The notes beneath the pieces were generated by a model. That model did not search any database and was not told where the DNA came from. It saw only the letters and a program-made list of their open reading frames with translations. A program made the position numbers and the translations under genes. A DNA stretch of 64,000 nt from Terriglobia bacterium (GTDB lineage: Bacteria > Acidobacteriota > Terriglobia > 20CM-2-55-15): NCBI GenBank assembly GCA_963664115.2, contig CAXWPJ010000006.1:288001-352000 (forward strand), given 5' to 3'. Shown here piece by piece: positions 32,569 to 42,426 of the stretch (position 1 is the first letter of the stretch; every line of letters starts with the position of its first letter).

Positions 32569-33018
32569 TTAGATGTGGTACATCACGAGGCGTTCCCGGC
32601 TTCGATGCTGCCGTACGAGGTCGGCGTAGGTGACTCCGTTCAGGACCGAAGCGATCGCGCAGTCGACCTCGGCCCAGACAGGTTTGAACTGGCATGTGCT
32701 TTCCCTGTCACAGTCGTTTTCGAAATTGCCGGACTCCAGGCACGAGAGCTGAACAAAAGGACCGCTGATGCTCTGTATGACATCGCCGATCGTGATCTCC
32801 TCGGGAGGACGCGCCAACACGTAACCGCCGTCTGTACCCCTCTTGCTGCGAACGATATCGACCCGCTTGAGCACCTGCATGATCTGAAAGAGAAATTTGG
32901 CGGGTATGTTCTGGTGCTCGGCTATGTCCTGGACGCGGATCGGTGAATCAGGATCGTAGTTGAGCGACAATTCGAGCACGGCCGAACATGCGTATTCGTC
33001 CTTTGCTGAGATCTTCAT
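32569..33018 (-). CDS. Rrf2 family transcriptional regulator with three Cys
   Basis: SKRGTDGGYVLAR; C-x9-C-x5-C. Confidence 0.9.
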   Translation of the reverse strand: MKISAKDEYACSAVLELSLNYDPDSPIRVQDIAEHQNIPAKFLFQIMQVLKRVDIVRSKRGTDGGYVLARPPEEITIGDVIQSISGPFVQLSCLESGNFENDCDRESTCQFKPVWAEVDCAIASVLNGVTYADLVRQHRSRERLVMYHI

Positions 33019-33119
33019 GCCGCCCCACTATAGCACGCGAGAATGCCTGTAATTACCGACTAAGCGCTTTGGAATCACCGCAAAGGCGCACGGGCACAAA
33101 CAAGAAAATGATGGGAAGT

Positions 33120-33180
33120 GGACGGACACTTCATGCGACATTGTGGCCTGGCGAGTGTATTTCGGCTGAATTGTCCGTCC
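33120..33180. repeat. GGACGGACA/TGTCCGTCC inverted repeat
   Basis: 9-bp perfect inverted pair related to the GGGGACAGAC family. Confidence 0.5.
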
Positions 33181-33214
33181 TCCAATCGCTCGACCGACTT
33201 TTACCCCAGGGTTG

Positions 33215-34156
33215 CTAAGGACCTTGCGCCTCGCGTTTCGGAGGCTCGTCTGCTGGCCCTCCGGAGATCTTTCTGAGGACCCGATTCCACCACATGACGC
33301 CGCCGGTTACGAACATTGCTGCAGGAACGAGTCCAAGCGTGGCCCATAAGGCCTGGAGCACGGGGGAGTTCCGGAAGCGGCCGAAATGAAGTCGTGTGAG
33401 CCACAAAAGGACGACATCGCCGGGACGATTTCCCAGAATGTCATCCGGCTCGGAGACGGCGTCAACAACGGCTTGGAATGGATCCGGGAAAGCCAGGTAA
33501 ACTCCCGACACGGCCCAGAGCAGCATCAGAGCGAACACCCAGAATCCCAAGGCACTGTGAAGATCCCAGTTGAACCGGGGCCAGCGCGATTGCCACCGTA
33601 TCCCCAAACTTCGGCGCACTCTTTTCCGTCCGGGCCACCAGATGACGGCTCCCGTCAAGATTAGTATCGTGACCAGAATACTGCCGATGCCATTGATCCT
33701 GCGGCCGTTGAAGCCCATCAGCAGGTCATCGTGCAGCTCTGTGAGCCAGAAGATCGCGCGAACGCTATCCGGGAAGGCTTCGCCGAGGTCTTCCCCTGAG
33801 TAGGGATTGAATACACGCTCCTTGATGTCGTCGCCCAACGCCAGGTTGACGGACATTACGGGTCGGCGCCGTGTCACCCGCCTTCCGATTCTCGTGACCT
33901 CATATCCTGGATATGCCCGTTGGGCGGCGATGGTCATCTCTTCCACCGACATCGGCTCCCGATCGGGCTGAAACTCGGGCATGGGTGATTCCAGCACGCT
34001 GATGAGCTCAGCGCTGTAGACGAGGATGCTTCCAGTCACGCTGAGCATCACGATGTAGAGCCCGATCCCCAGTCCGGTCCAGAGGTGAATCTGGAACATG
34101 GCTCTTCGAAGCCAGACGCTCCGGGGCTGGTCGACCCATTGCTTTAGATAATTCAT
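33215..34156 (-). CDS. PepSY-associated TM helix domain protein
   Basis: QIHLWTGL, FNPYSGE, ELHDDLL, WDLHSALG, RLHFG. Confidence 0.88.
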   Translation of the reverse strand: MNYLKQWVDQPRSVWLRRAMFQIHLWTGLGIGLYIVMLSVTGSILVYSAELISVLESPMPEFQPDREPMSVEEMTIAAQRAYPGYEVTRIGRRVTRRRPVMSVNLALGDDIKERVFNPYSGEDLGEAFPDSVRAIFWLTELHDDLLMGFNGRRINGIGSILVTILILTGAVIWWPGRKRVRRSLGIRWQSRWPRFNWDLHSALGFWVFALMLLWAVSGVYLAFPDPFQAVVDAVSEPDDILGNRPGDVVLLWLTRLHFGRFRNSPVLQALWATLGLVPAAMFVTGGVMWWNRVLRKISGGPADEPPKREAQGP

Positions 34157-34409
34157 CAGATGGCTCGGTATTATATCTGCGCTTTCCGCTTTGGCTCGCT
34201 ATGAACGGACAGGAAAGCTTCGGCAGTAAACTTTAGCCGGAGATTTATCGCGAGTTCCGTCGCCTGTTCTGGACCGGAAGTTCTTCAGGCCTGAAAAAGG
34301 ACCCGATCTGTCTGTCTGAATGAGATGCTGAGAAGGCACCGGAAATTTGGGTTTTAGCGACTCCCTTCGAGGCCCTGTGCCTCGAAGAGTATCTCTATAT
34401 GTCTGACTT

Positions 34410-37400
34410 ATGCTGAAGTTGCGCCGCATAGAACTGTTTGGGTTCAAGTCTTTTTACGAGCGTTCTGAAATCGTCATCAATGATATCGGTATCACTGCCG
34501 TCGTGGGTCCCAACGGTTGTGGAAAGAGCAACATCTCCGACGCGATCGCCTGGGTCCTGGGAGAGCAGCGCGCGCGTAGTTTGCGTGGGGATCGAATGGA
34601 AGACGTCATCTTCAGCGGAACGGACCGCCGCTCTGCGCTGGGGATGGCGGAGGTTACGATAAGCCTGGTCGACGACGCACCCGCACACAGCAACGGTGGA
34701 CCCCCTCCCGGGCCCATGGAAATGACGGTTCAGCGCCGGCTGTTTCGTTCCGGTGAGAGCCAGTACCTGTTGAACGGACGTCCGTGTCTCCTGCGCGACA
34801 TCCAGGACCTGTTTCTGGGCACGGGACTCGGTCCCAACAGCTACGCGATCATCGAGCAGGGCCGGATTGGTCAACTTCTAAGTGCGCGGCCTTCCGAGCG
34901 TAGAACGGTCATTGAAGAAGCCGCCGGAGTCACCAAGTTCAAGGCGAAGCGGAAGCTTGCTGAGTCGCGACTGCAAGCAGCCCGGAACAACCTGTCCCGC
35001 GTCAATGACATCCTCTCAGAGGTCGAGCGCCAGCGGAATTCCTTGAAGCGACAGTCAGGGAAGGCCCGGCGATATCGCCAGGTCCGCCGGCGGATGAGGG
35101 ACGTGCTTGGTGCCGTATTCTCGACGCGAGCCGAGTTGCTGATCGATGGTCAGGCGCGCGTTGATCTGGCTCTTGCGGGAATCTCATCCGAGGGCGAGCG
35201 CCTGGAAGCGAAGGTCCGGGAACTGGACGGCCAGGTGCATCGTTCGCGCGAAGGTGTCGAAACCGAAGAAAAGCGACTCGATGAAGCCCGGGAAGTTCAA
35301 GTGGCCACCAAGTTGGATTTGGAAAAAGCTCACCAGCGAATCGAACGCTTTCAGGATCAGGTGCGTTCACTCGATGAACGTCTTCGGGAGTTGATTGCTG
35401 AGAAGGACCGGGTTATGGAGGACCTTAAAACCCGGCAGGAGGAAGTCGCCGCAAGTGTTTCCAGGTTGGGTCAGGCGGATCAGAGCCTTGTTGAAGCCCG
35501 GACGAACCACGAGAGGGCGCAGGCCACTCTGGAAGCGACCGGGAGGCTTGGAAGCGAAACCGAGGCGACCATCGACGGACTCAGGAACAGCCGTTTCGAT
35601 ATCGTCGGTTGCGAGGCGAAAATCGGAAACGAGCTTTCGGGTAAGGTAGCTTTGGCCCAACGCTTAGACGGGCAAGTCGACCGCGTCAAGGGCGAAGAGG
35701 AAGAGGCTCTCCGGGCCACCCAGGAGTGCCGGGCAAAGCTTGAAGCCGCCCAACGGCAACATTCCTCAACACAGGCCGAGATCAGCCGCCTGGCCCTTGA
35801 ACGTGACCGTGTCGAATCTGAATTTCGGGAAGTTTCCTCCGAGCACGACCTCGCACAGCAAGCTGCCCGGGAAGCACGGTCAAGCGAGGAGGGGATGCGT
35901 CATCGGCTCGAAACGATACGCGAGTTATCTTTGGACCGAGCCTACGGCACCGAAGCGGTGCAGCAGTTCTTTAACCATGTGAGGGACGAGTCGTGGGCTC
36001 CGATGGGAATCGTCGCCGACTTCGTCGAGGTCGAACCCGACTACGAAGCCGTTGTCGAAGACTTGTTCCACAGCGAACTCCAATACGTTGTCGTCGAGGA
36101 CCTGCTGCATGCCGAAAAGGCTTTGGCGATCGCACGCGGAGCCACTCGTGGCCGGCTTGATTTCCTTGTGGCCGATCCCTCACCGGAGACTTCCGGAGAG
36201 GCTGAGGTCATTTCTGACGCCAAGCCCGTGGTCGATCTCGTCCGATTGGATTCGCGACTGCAGTTTTTCCAGAACCACGTTCGAAATGCCTACATCGTAG
36301 AGGATCTCTCCATTGCCTGGCGTCTCTCCGGCAGCCATCAGGGTAAGACCTTTGTAGCCCGAAGCGGCGAAGTTGTCAGGGACCGTGTGATCAGCTGGGG
36401 TGAACGTTCCAGCCACGGCCCACTTTCTCTAAAGCGCGAATTACGTGATCTGGATCGCCGTGTGGAAGCAGCTCGTAGGGAATCGCATGCCGCTTCCAAA
36501 AGGGCTGAAGAACTCGGCGAGCGGATCGAGCGATTGGACCAGTCGAAGCAGGCATTGACCCTCCAGTTGCAGGAGGCTGAGAAGGAAGCACTCGGGCTCG
36601 ACCACGGGCAGCAGAGCCTGGCTGCCGAACTTGAAAGAACCCAGCAACGCCTGGAGATGGCACAGGCTGAAATCCGCCGTTTTGCCGCAGAGCGTAAGGA
36701 ATTGGAAGATGCGCTGGTCCGCGCGCGGACCGGTTTGGAGACGGTTCGCGCTGAGAAATCCGCGATCGATGAGCAGCTACAGATCCAGAGTGAGGAAAGC
36801 GGGCGTCTGCGGAGCGATTTGGAGACACAATCTTTAGCTGTTGCCGAATTCAGATCGCAACTGGCGGTGCTCGAGGAACGAAAAGAGGCTCTCTCGCGCG
36901 ATATTGCGGCGCTTCGGGTACAGGAGTCGGACCTCGAAGCCCGTTGCCGTCAAGTGGAGGAACAGATCGAGGGTACAGGTGCACAGAAAACGGTCGCGCT
37001 TGCTTCGATCGAAGCGGACCAGTTGCGGCAGGAAGAACTCGGTGTTCGAGTAGAAGAGCTCCAAGACCAGATCTCCGGGGTTCTCGGCGGACTCGAAACG
37101 CTTCGCAGCAATCTGCACCAGGCCGAGACAGGTTGGGACGAGGCACGGGCCGTGCTCGATGGGTGGAAGGACCGCCATAATCAACTCGATATCGAAAAGA
37201 CGCAGATCGATGCCGATCTGAAACACCTGGTAAGTCTCTGTTTCAGTGAACTGGGGGAAAACATAGAGTCGGTCTGCCTCGACAGCTTTGAGACTCTGAC
37301 ACCGGAAGAACTGGAAGAGCGCGACAGCGAGTATCAGGAGTTGCGTCGGAAGATCGATTCGATAGGAGCGGTCAATATGATGGCCGTGGAGGAGTATGAA

Positions 37401-37958
37401 GAGGCCGCCGAACGCTTTGAATTCCTTACCGGCCAACGGCAGGATCTGCTGGATTCGATCCGGGACACGACGCTGGCGATTGAGGAGATCGATACTGTGT
37501 GCCGGCAACAGTTCAGCGAGGCTTTCAACCTGATCAACAAAGGGTTCACCGAGGCGTTCGTCGATCTTTTCGGTGGAGGTCATGGAGAATTGCGACTGGT
37601 CGACCAGGACGGGGATACGTCTGACGCCGGCATCGAGATCGTGGCCCAACCCCCGGGCAAGAAACTGCAGAACGTTCTTCTTCTTTCGGGCGGAGAGAAA
37701 GCTCTCACGGCCCTATCGGTTGTTATTGCTTTGTTCCGATTCAAACCCAGCCCGTTTTGCGTCCTTGATGAGGTGGACGCTCCACTCGACGATGTCAATA
37801 TCGACAGGTTTGCCAAACTGATTCGTGTGATGAGCGATGAGACACAGTTCATTGTGATCACGCACAGCAAACGCACAATGGAGACGGCGAACCAGCTTTA
37901 CGGCGTAACGATGGAAGAGCCGGGAATTTCCAAAGTCGTTTCCGTAAGATTGAATTGA
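34410..37958 (+). CDS. smc: Chromosome segregation protein SMC
   Basis: GFKSF, GPNGCGKSN, coiled coils, LSGGEK, LDEVDAPLD, ITH. Confidence 0.95.
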   Translation: MLKLRRIELFGFKSFYERSEIVINDIGITAVVGPNGCGKSNISDAIAWVLGEQRARSLRGDRMEDVIFSGTDRRSALGMAEVTISLVDDAPAHSNGGPPPGPMEMTVQRRLFRSGESQYLLNGRPCLLRDIQDLFLGTGLGPNSYAIIEQGRIGQLLSARPSERRTVIEEAAGVTKFKAKRKLAESRLQAARNNLSRVNDILSEVERQRNSLKRQSGKARRYRQVRRRMRDVLGAVFSTRAELLIDGQARVDLALAGISSEGERLEAKVRELDGQVHRSREGVETEEKRLDEAREVQVATKLDLEKAHQRIERFQDQVRSLDERLRELIAEKDRVMEDLKTRQEEVAASVSRLGQADQSLVEARTNHERAQATLEATGRLGSETEATIDGLRNSRFDIVGCEAKIGNELSGKVALAQRLDGQVDRVKGEEEEALRATQECRAKLEAAQRQHSSTQAEISRLALERDRVESEFREVSSEHDLAQQAAREARSSEEGMRHRLETIRELSLDRAYGTEAVQQFFNHVRDESWAPMGIVADFVEVEPDYEAVVEDLFHSELQYVVVEDLLHAEKALAIARGATRGRLDFLVADPSPETSGEAEVISDAKPVVDLVRLDSRLQFFQNHVRNAYIVEDLSIAWRLSGSHQGKTFVARSGEVVRDRVISWGERSSHGPLSLKRELRDLDRRVEAARRESHAASKRAEELGERIERLDQSKQALTLQLQEAEKEALGLDHGQQSLAAELERTQQRLEMAQAEIRRFAAERKELEDALVRARTGLETVRAEKSAIDEQLQIQSEESGRLRSDLETQSLAVAEFRSQLAVLEERKEALSRDIAALRVQESDLEARCRQVEEQIEGTGAQKTVALASIEADQLRQEELGVRVEELQDQISGVLGGLETLRSNLHQAETGWDEARAVLDGWKDRHNQLDIEKTQIDADLKHLVSLCFSELGENIESVCLDSFETLTPEELEERDSEYQELRRKIDSIGAVNMMAVEEYEEAAERFEFLTGQRQDLLDSIRDTTLAIEEIDTVCRQQFSEAFNLINKGFTEAFVDLFGGGHGELRLVDQDGDTSDAGIEIVAQPPGKKLQNVLLLSGGEKALTALSVVIALFRFKPSPFCVLDEVDAPLDDVNIDRFAKLIRVMSDETQFIVITHSKRTMETANQLYGVTMEEPGISKVVSVRLN

Positions 37959-38039
37959 CAACGCTGGCCGGTACGTCCACCATTTGTTTCTCAAACGGGT
38001 TGTACATTTCTGTTCCGTGGATTGAAAGGGATGATTCCG

Positions 38040-38936
38040 ATGGTTTTGATCCAGACTGACCTTTCCGGTCTCAAGTTTCACTCGCGCGGTAAAGTTCGCG
38101 ATATCTACGATCTGGGAAGTGCACTTTTGTTCATCGCGACCGACCGACTGTCGGCATTCGACGTTGTTCTTCCGACTGCGATCCCGAACAAAGGCCGGGT
38201 ACTGACCCAGATGTCGCTCTTCTGGTTTGATTACTTTAAAGAGGTCCTTCCAAATCACGTCATCACAGACAACGTCGATGAATATCCGGAGGAAGTACGG
38301 GGCTTTAAGGAACAATTAGAAGGCCGCTCGTTGCTGGTCCGGCGAGCTGATGTGTTTCCCATCGAATGCGTTGTGCGTGGCTATCTCGCCGGCTCAGGCT
38401 GGAAAGATTACAAGCAATCGGGCGCCGTATGTGGGATCAGGCTGGGTTCGGATTTGTCTGAATCCGACAGGCTTTCTGAACCCATCTTCACTCCAGCTAC
38501 CAAGGCGGCCACCGGGCACGACGAAAATATATCGGAAGAGACGGCCGCTGATATTGTAGGGCGCGACACGATCAATCGACTCCGCGATCTCTCCATCGAC
38601 GTCTACAATCGGGCTGCAGCTTATGCTGCTGAGCGGGGCATTATTATCTGCGACACGAAGTTCGAATTTGGCCTTGTGGACGGCAACATTACGATTGTGG
38701 ATGAAATGCTCACGCCGGATTCGTCCCGTTTCTGGCCTGCCGCCGAATATATGCCTGGACGACCACAACTCTCTTTCGATAAACAGTTCGTTCGGGACTA
38801 CCTTGAAAGTGTCAGCTGGGACAAACAACCGCCAGCTCCTGAACTTCCTTCAGATATCGCTGAAGCGACTGGCAGCAAGTACATCGAAGCGTTCCGACTG
38901 CTGACAGGATTGAACTTCGAACAAGACGAAATCTAG
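38040..38936 (+). CDS. purC: SAICAR synthase
   Basis: RGKVRDIY, TDRLSAFD, DTKFEFG, DEMLTPDSSRFW, DKQFVRD. Confidence 0.95.
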   Translation: MVLIQTDLSGLKFHSRGKVRDIYDLGSALLFIATDRLSAFDVVLPTAIPNKGRVLTQMSLFWFDYFKEVLPNHVITDNVDEYPEEVRGFKEQLEGRSLLVRRADVFPIECVVRGYLAGSGWKDYKQSGAVCGIRLGSDLSESDRLSEPIFTPATKAATGHDENISEETAADIVGRDTINRLRDLSIDVYNRAAAYAAERGIIICDTKFEFGLVDGNITIVDEMLTPDSSRFWPAAEYMPGRPQLSFDKQFVRDYLESVSWDKQPPAPELPSDIAEATGSKYIEAFRLLTGLNFEQDEI

Positions 38937-38945
38937 AACCGAACA

Positions 38946-39491
38946 ATGGATATTTCGATTCTGAATCTGACGCTCCTGGACTGGCTTGTGGTTGCGATCC
39001 TTCTCTATTCGGTCGTTATGAGCGCCATGCGGGGTTTTGTCCGCGAGGTCCTCGGTCTCGTTACGGTTGTGGTGGGAGTTGTTCTGGCCGCATGGTTCTA
39101 CCGGGATATCGGAACTATTTTCTTTGGTGTTGTCAGGACGGAAGACCTTGCCTTATTCTTTGGATTCTCTCTCCTGTTCGGGGGAACACTGATCGTTGGT
39201 TTCACCCTGATTTGGCTCGTTTATAGGTTTTTTGAGTTCGCGCACATCGAATGGTTCGACCGCTTGTTGGGCGGTGCTTTCGGCCTTGTGCGCGGATGGT
39301 TGATCGGTGTCGTAATTTTTCTGGGGATGACGTCGTTCGAAATTCAGTCCGAGGTTGTAAGAAACTCAGAATTATCGCCTTACTTTCTTTCAGGATCCCG
39401 AGTCGTAGCCGTTGTAACACCGTTCGAGTTGAAGGCTAAGTTCTTGATCGGTTATGAGGAAGTCCAACGATGGTGGCGCGAAAACCTGTGA
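38946..39491 (+). CDS. cvpA: CvpA (colicin V production) family membrane protein
   Basis: RGFVRE, DRLLGGAFGLVRG; located beside a purine gene. Confidence 0.88.
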   Translation: MDISILNLTLLDWLVVAILLYSVVMSAMRGFVREVLGLVTVVVGVVLAAWFYRDIGTIFFGVVRTEDLALFFGFSLLFGGTLIVGFTLIWLVYRFFEFAHIEWFDRLLGGAFGLVRGWLIGVVIFLGMTSFEIQSEVVRNSELSPYFLSGSRVVAVVTPFELKAKFLIGYEEVQRWWRENL

Positions 39492-39509
39492 ATCTGTAGG
39501 AACTATGTT

Positions 39510-39719
39510 GTGAAAAAGCAGTTGGAAGCCCTCGTCACCGAAATGATCGACCGCGGCATACTTTTTGGGCAGGCCCGCGACGAATTCGAAAAGAAATTTA
39601 TACAGACCGCACTGGGCAAGACGAATGGCAATCAGACCCGGGCTGCGGAGATGCTCGGTATCCACCGAAACACATTGAATCGGAAGATCAGCCTACACAA
39701 GCTCAACGGCCGAAGGTAG
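39510..39719 (+). CDS. Fis-type HTH protein
   Basis: GNQTRAAEMLGIHRNTL. Confidence 0.88.
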   Translation: MKKQLEALVTEMIDRGILFGQARDEFEKKFIQTALGKTNGNQTRAAEMLGIHRNTLNRKISLHKLNGRR

Positions 39720-39748
39720 GCAAAGCATGCATCGGGGGAACAGTCTCA

Positions 39749-40135
39749 CTAAGACCGATCCAAGCTGGGAGATTTTCGCCGGGACGGGCGAGGGTCTTCA
39801 GCTCCGATATATGTAACCGGCGGGGTGTGGCGCTTGAAACGCTTCCGGAGCTCGGGGCCGAGCTTCCGGAACGCCGCGACCGACAGTGCGACACCCGTCG
39901 AGTCCAGAACCGCCGCCGTGTTTACCGCTTTACCGATAACGTCATATCGTTTACAGCCTGGTTCGCCAAAAGAACCGGCAATTGCACTGCCGAAGTGGAC
40001 TTTCGCTCGGAAGCGACACTGCCATCCGCCGTTGACCAGCAATGCATCGACAGACTGCTTCAACCCCAGCAACATCTCGACAGCCCCCTCCACTGCACTC
40101 TCCGGGAAGACAGCCAAGCTCCCATCACCAATATC
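39749..40135 (-). pseudogene. C-terminal fragment of a class III adenylate/guanylate cyclase
   Basis: IGDGSLAVF...VHFG..GSFG....RYDVIGKAVNTAA; N-terminal metal-binding Asp strand absent, upstream in-frame stop. Confidence 0.7.
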
Positions 40136-40155
40136 GCTAGAAATTAGAGAGCACT

Positions 40156-40998
40156 TTGACTAATCGAGGCATATTCCCGAGTGTATTGATTGTGTTGTTG
40201 TTGACTGCGTTCGCACCGGCCAATCTGTCTGGACAGGACCCTGAGGTAGCCCCCGCACCTGGAAGTTGCCTGAAGACGGAAGAAACGCGTCATCGTCCCA
40301 GTTTGAGAAACTTCTTAGCGGAGCTGGGAGCCAATTCTGTAGGCCTTTTTTCACGCGATAACCTTTTCCCGACGGTCGTAGGGGCGATTGCCATTTCAGG
40401 CACGCATTCGCTTGACGGACGAGTCCGTGACTATTTCGCGAGCGATGATCGATTCGGAAACTTCGAAGGGACTTTCGGCGACCAGTTGGGTCGGGCCGGC
40501 GTGGTGTTCGGCGTGGTTGGAGGGCTTTGGACGGTGAGCCATTTTTATGGGAACGATAAGTTTCGACGCTTCAGCCACGATCTGGCTCAAGCGTCGGCGC
40601 TCACCGGATTGATCACTTTTGGTTTCAAACACACTGTGGGCCGAACACGGCCCAGTGGCAGTAACACCCAGTCTCTCCCATCCGGACACAGTTCGGCGGC
40701 TTTCACGGCTGCAACGATCGTGGATCACCATTACGGAAGAACGGCTTCGTTCGCGGCATATGCCACGGCCAGCTTTGTAGCTGTGTCCCGATTGGATGCC
40801 AACAAACACTTCTTGAGCGACGTAGTCGCTGGGGCGGCCTTGGGCTATGTCGTTGGGAGAACAGTCGCCCGCCGGCAGGCTCAGAGTCGGCGCATCACGT
40901 GGAATCCGATTGTGTCACCCAGTACCAGAAATGTGGGCATCGCGTTGTCGTGGCAGTTTGGAAATCAGGGCAAAGATCCTCTGTTGAAAGTGCGGTAG
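40156..40998 (+). CDS. PAP2 family phosphatase
   Basis: KHTVGRTRP, PSGH, SRLDANKHFLSDV; signal peptide. Confidence 0.88.
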   Translation: MTNRGIFPSVLIVLLLTAFAPANLSGQDPEVAPAPGSCLKTEETRHRPSLRNFLAELGANSVGLFSRDNLFPTVVGAIAISGTHSLDGRVRDYFASDDRFGNFEGTFGDQLGRAGVVFGVVGGLWTVSHFYGNDKFRRFSHDLAQASALTGLITFGFKHTVGRTRPSGSNTQSLPSGHSSAAFTAATIVDHHYGRTASFAAYATASFVAVSRLDANKHFLSDVVAGAALGYVVGRTVARRQAQSRRITWNPIVSPSTRNVGIALSWQFGNQGKDPLLKVR

Positions 40999-41040
40999 GG
41001 TGGGTCTCTGGAGTTTGCTATTTAGTAGAGCCGTTCCTGA

Positions 41041-42411
41041 ATGGAATTCGCACTTCCAGTTATAGCTGCGTTTCTGATCGGCATGACCGGTATCGGGTTG
41101 TGGCACGCCCGGAGGGTCCGTTCGGCTGAAGATTTCGCTCTGGGCGGGCGTCGGATTGAGGCGCCCGTTCTGGCGGGGACACTCATCGCAACCTGGATTG
41201 GAACCGGGTCACTTTTCGGTAACACTGAATTTACTTATCAGAATGGAGTGGCGGGTTTCTTCCTTCCGCTCTCCGGTATTCTGGGTATGCTGGTGCTGGC
41301 CTACCTTGCGCCGCGCGTCCGTGAAATTCCCGCATCGACCGTGCCTCAAATCCTCGGGCTGCGTTTCGGCCGCCCGACTCAGGTCTTGGGTGCGGTGGCT
41401 CTGATTCTCGCCTACCTTGTGATCGTTTCCTATCAATATCGGGCCGGGGCTGCAGTGGCCGAACGAATATTCCCGGGGCTCGATCAGACCGCGTTGCGAA
41501 TCGCGTTTGCGGCCTTCGTAATCCTCTACACGGCGCTCGCGGGTCTGACCAGCGTGGCGCTGACCGACGTTGTCAACGGTATCGTGTTGAGCGCAGGCCT
41601 GCTAGTCGGGCTTGGACTGGCCTGGAACGGGTGGAATCCCCAACTGCAGCCCTTCGATGCGGCTATGTTACGGCCGTCGGCTGGTATCGGGGCGATCGGC
41701 TGGATCAGTTTGCTGCTGCCGCCTTTCCTTTTGATACTGGGAGACGCCAACATGTATCAACGCTTCATGGCGGCCAACTCTCCTGCTGGGGCTCGGCGTG
41801 CGGCCTTCGGAGCATTTGCCGGCTTGCTCGTCCTGGAAAGCACGATCATCGGCGTTGCGCTCTTTGCCCGTGTCATGCTGCCCACCCCTCTGTCGAACCC
41901 GGGAGATGCAATCATCGAGATGGCGTTCACGGTATTTCCACCCCTGGTGGGTCTCCTCCTGGCGGCCACCGCCATTGCAGTGATCATCTCTACGGCCGAC
42001 TCCTACCTTCTGGCATGTTCGACGAGCGCCGCGATGGACCTGGCCGGGAAAACCGCCTCACCCGCTCCCCAGCGCGTGCTGGTGGTTGTCTTTGGCGTGT
42101 TCGCCCTGCTTCCGGCGTTCTTGTGGGAGGAGTTCCTGAGCGTGGCCCTCTACGCCTACACCCTCTACGGTGCGAGCCTCACACCAGCCGTGCTGGCCGC
42201 TCTCCTGCGCCCGGCGACATCCTCACGCGCCGTTCTGGGCGGCATGATCGCTGGATTGGGTACAGCACTGGTCTGGAAACTGCTGCTCGACACGGGCGTG
42301 TTCACAGGCACCCTCGCCGGCGTCGATCCGGTACTTCCCGCACTGGGAGCCAATGTCGGGGTGTTGTTTGTGCTGGAGACGATATCCCGGAAAACAACCG
42401 TCAATCCCTGA
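41041..42411 (+). CDS. Sodium:solute symporter (SSS) family
   Basis: DFALGGR, ATWIGTGS, SVALTD, YQRFMAA, ISTADS. Confidence 0.9.
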   Translation: MEFALPVIAAFLIGMTGIGLWHARRVRSAEDFALGGRRIEAPVLAGTLIATWIGTGSLFGNTEFTYQNGVAGFFLPLSGILGMLVLAYLAPRVREIPASTVPQILGLRFGRPTQVLGAVALILAYLVIVSYQYRAGAAVAERIFPGLDQTALRIAFAAFVILYTALAGLTSVALTDVVNGIVLSAGLLVGLGLAWNGWNPQLQPFDAAMLRPSAGIGAIGWISLLLPPFLLILGDANMYQRFMAANSPAGARRAAFGAFAGLLVLESTIIGVALFARVMLPTPLSNPGDAIIEMAFTVFPPLVGLLLAATAIAVIISTADSYLLACSTSAAMDLAGKTASPAPQRVLVVVFGVFALLPAFLWEEFLSVALYAYTLYGASLTPAVLAALLRPATSSRAVLGGMIAGLGTALVWKLLLDTGVFTGTLAGVDPVLPALGANVGVLFVLETISRKTTVNP

Positions 42412-42426
42412 CAAACGGTTCGACAT

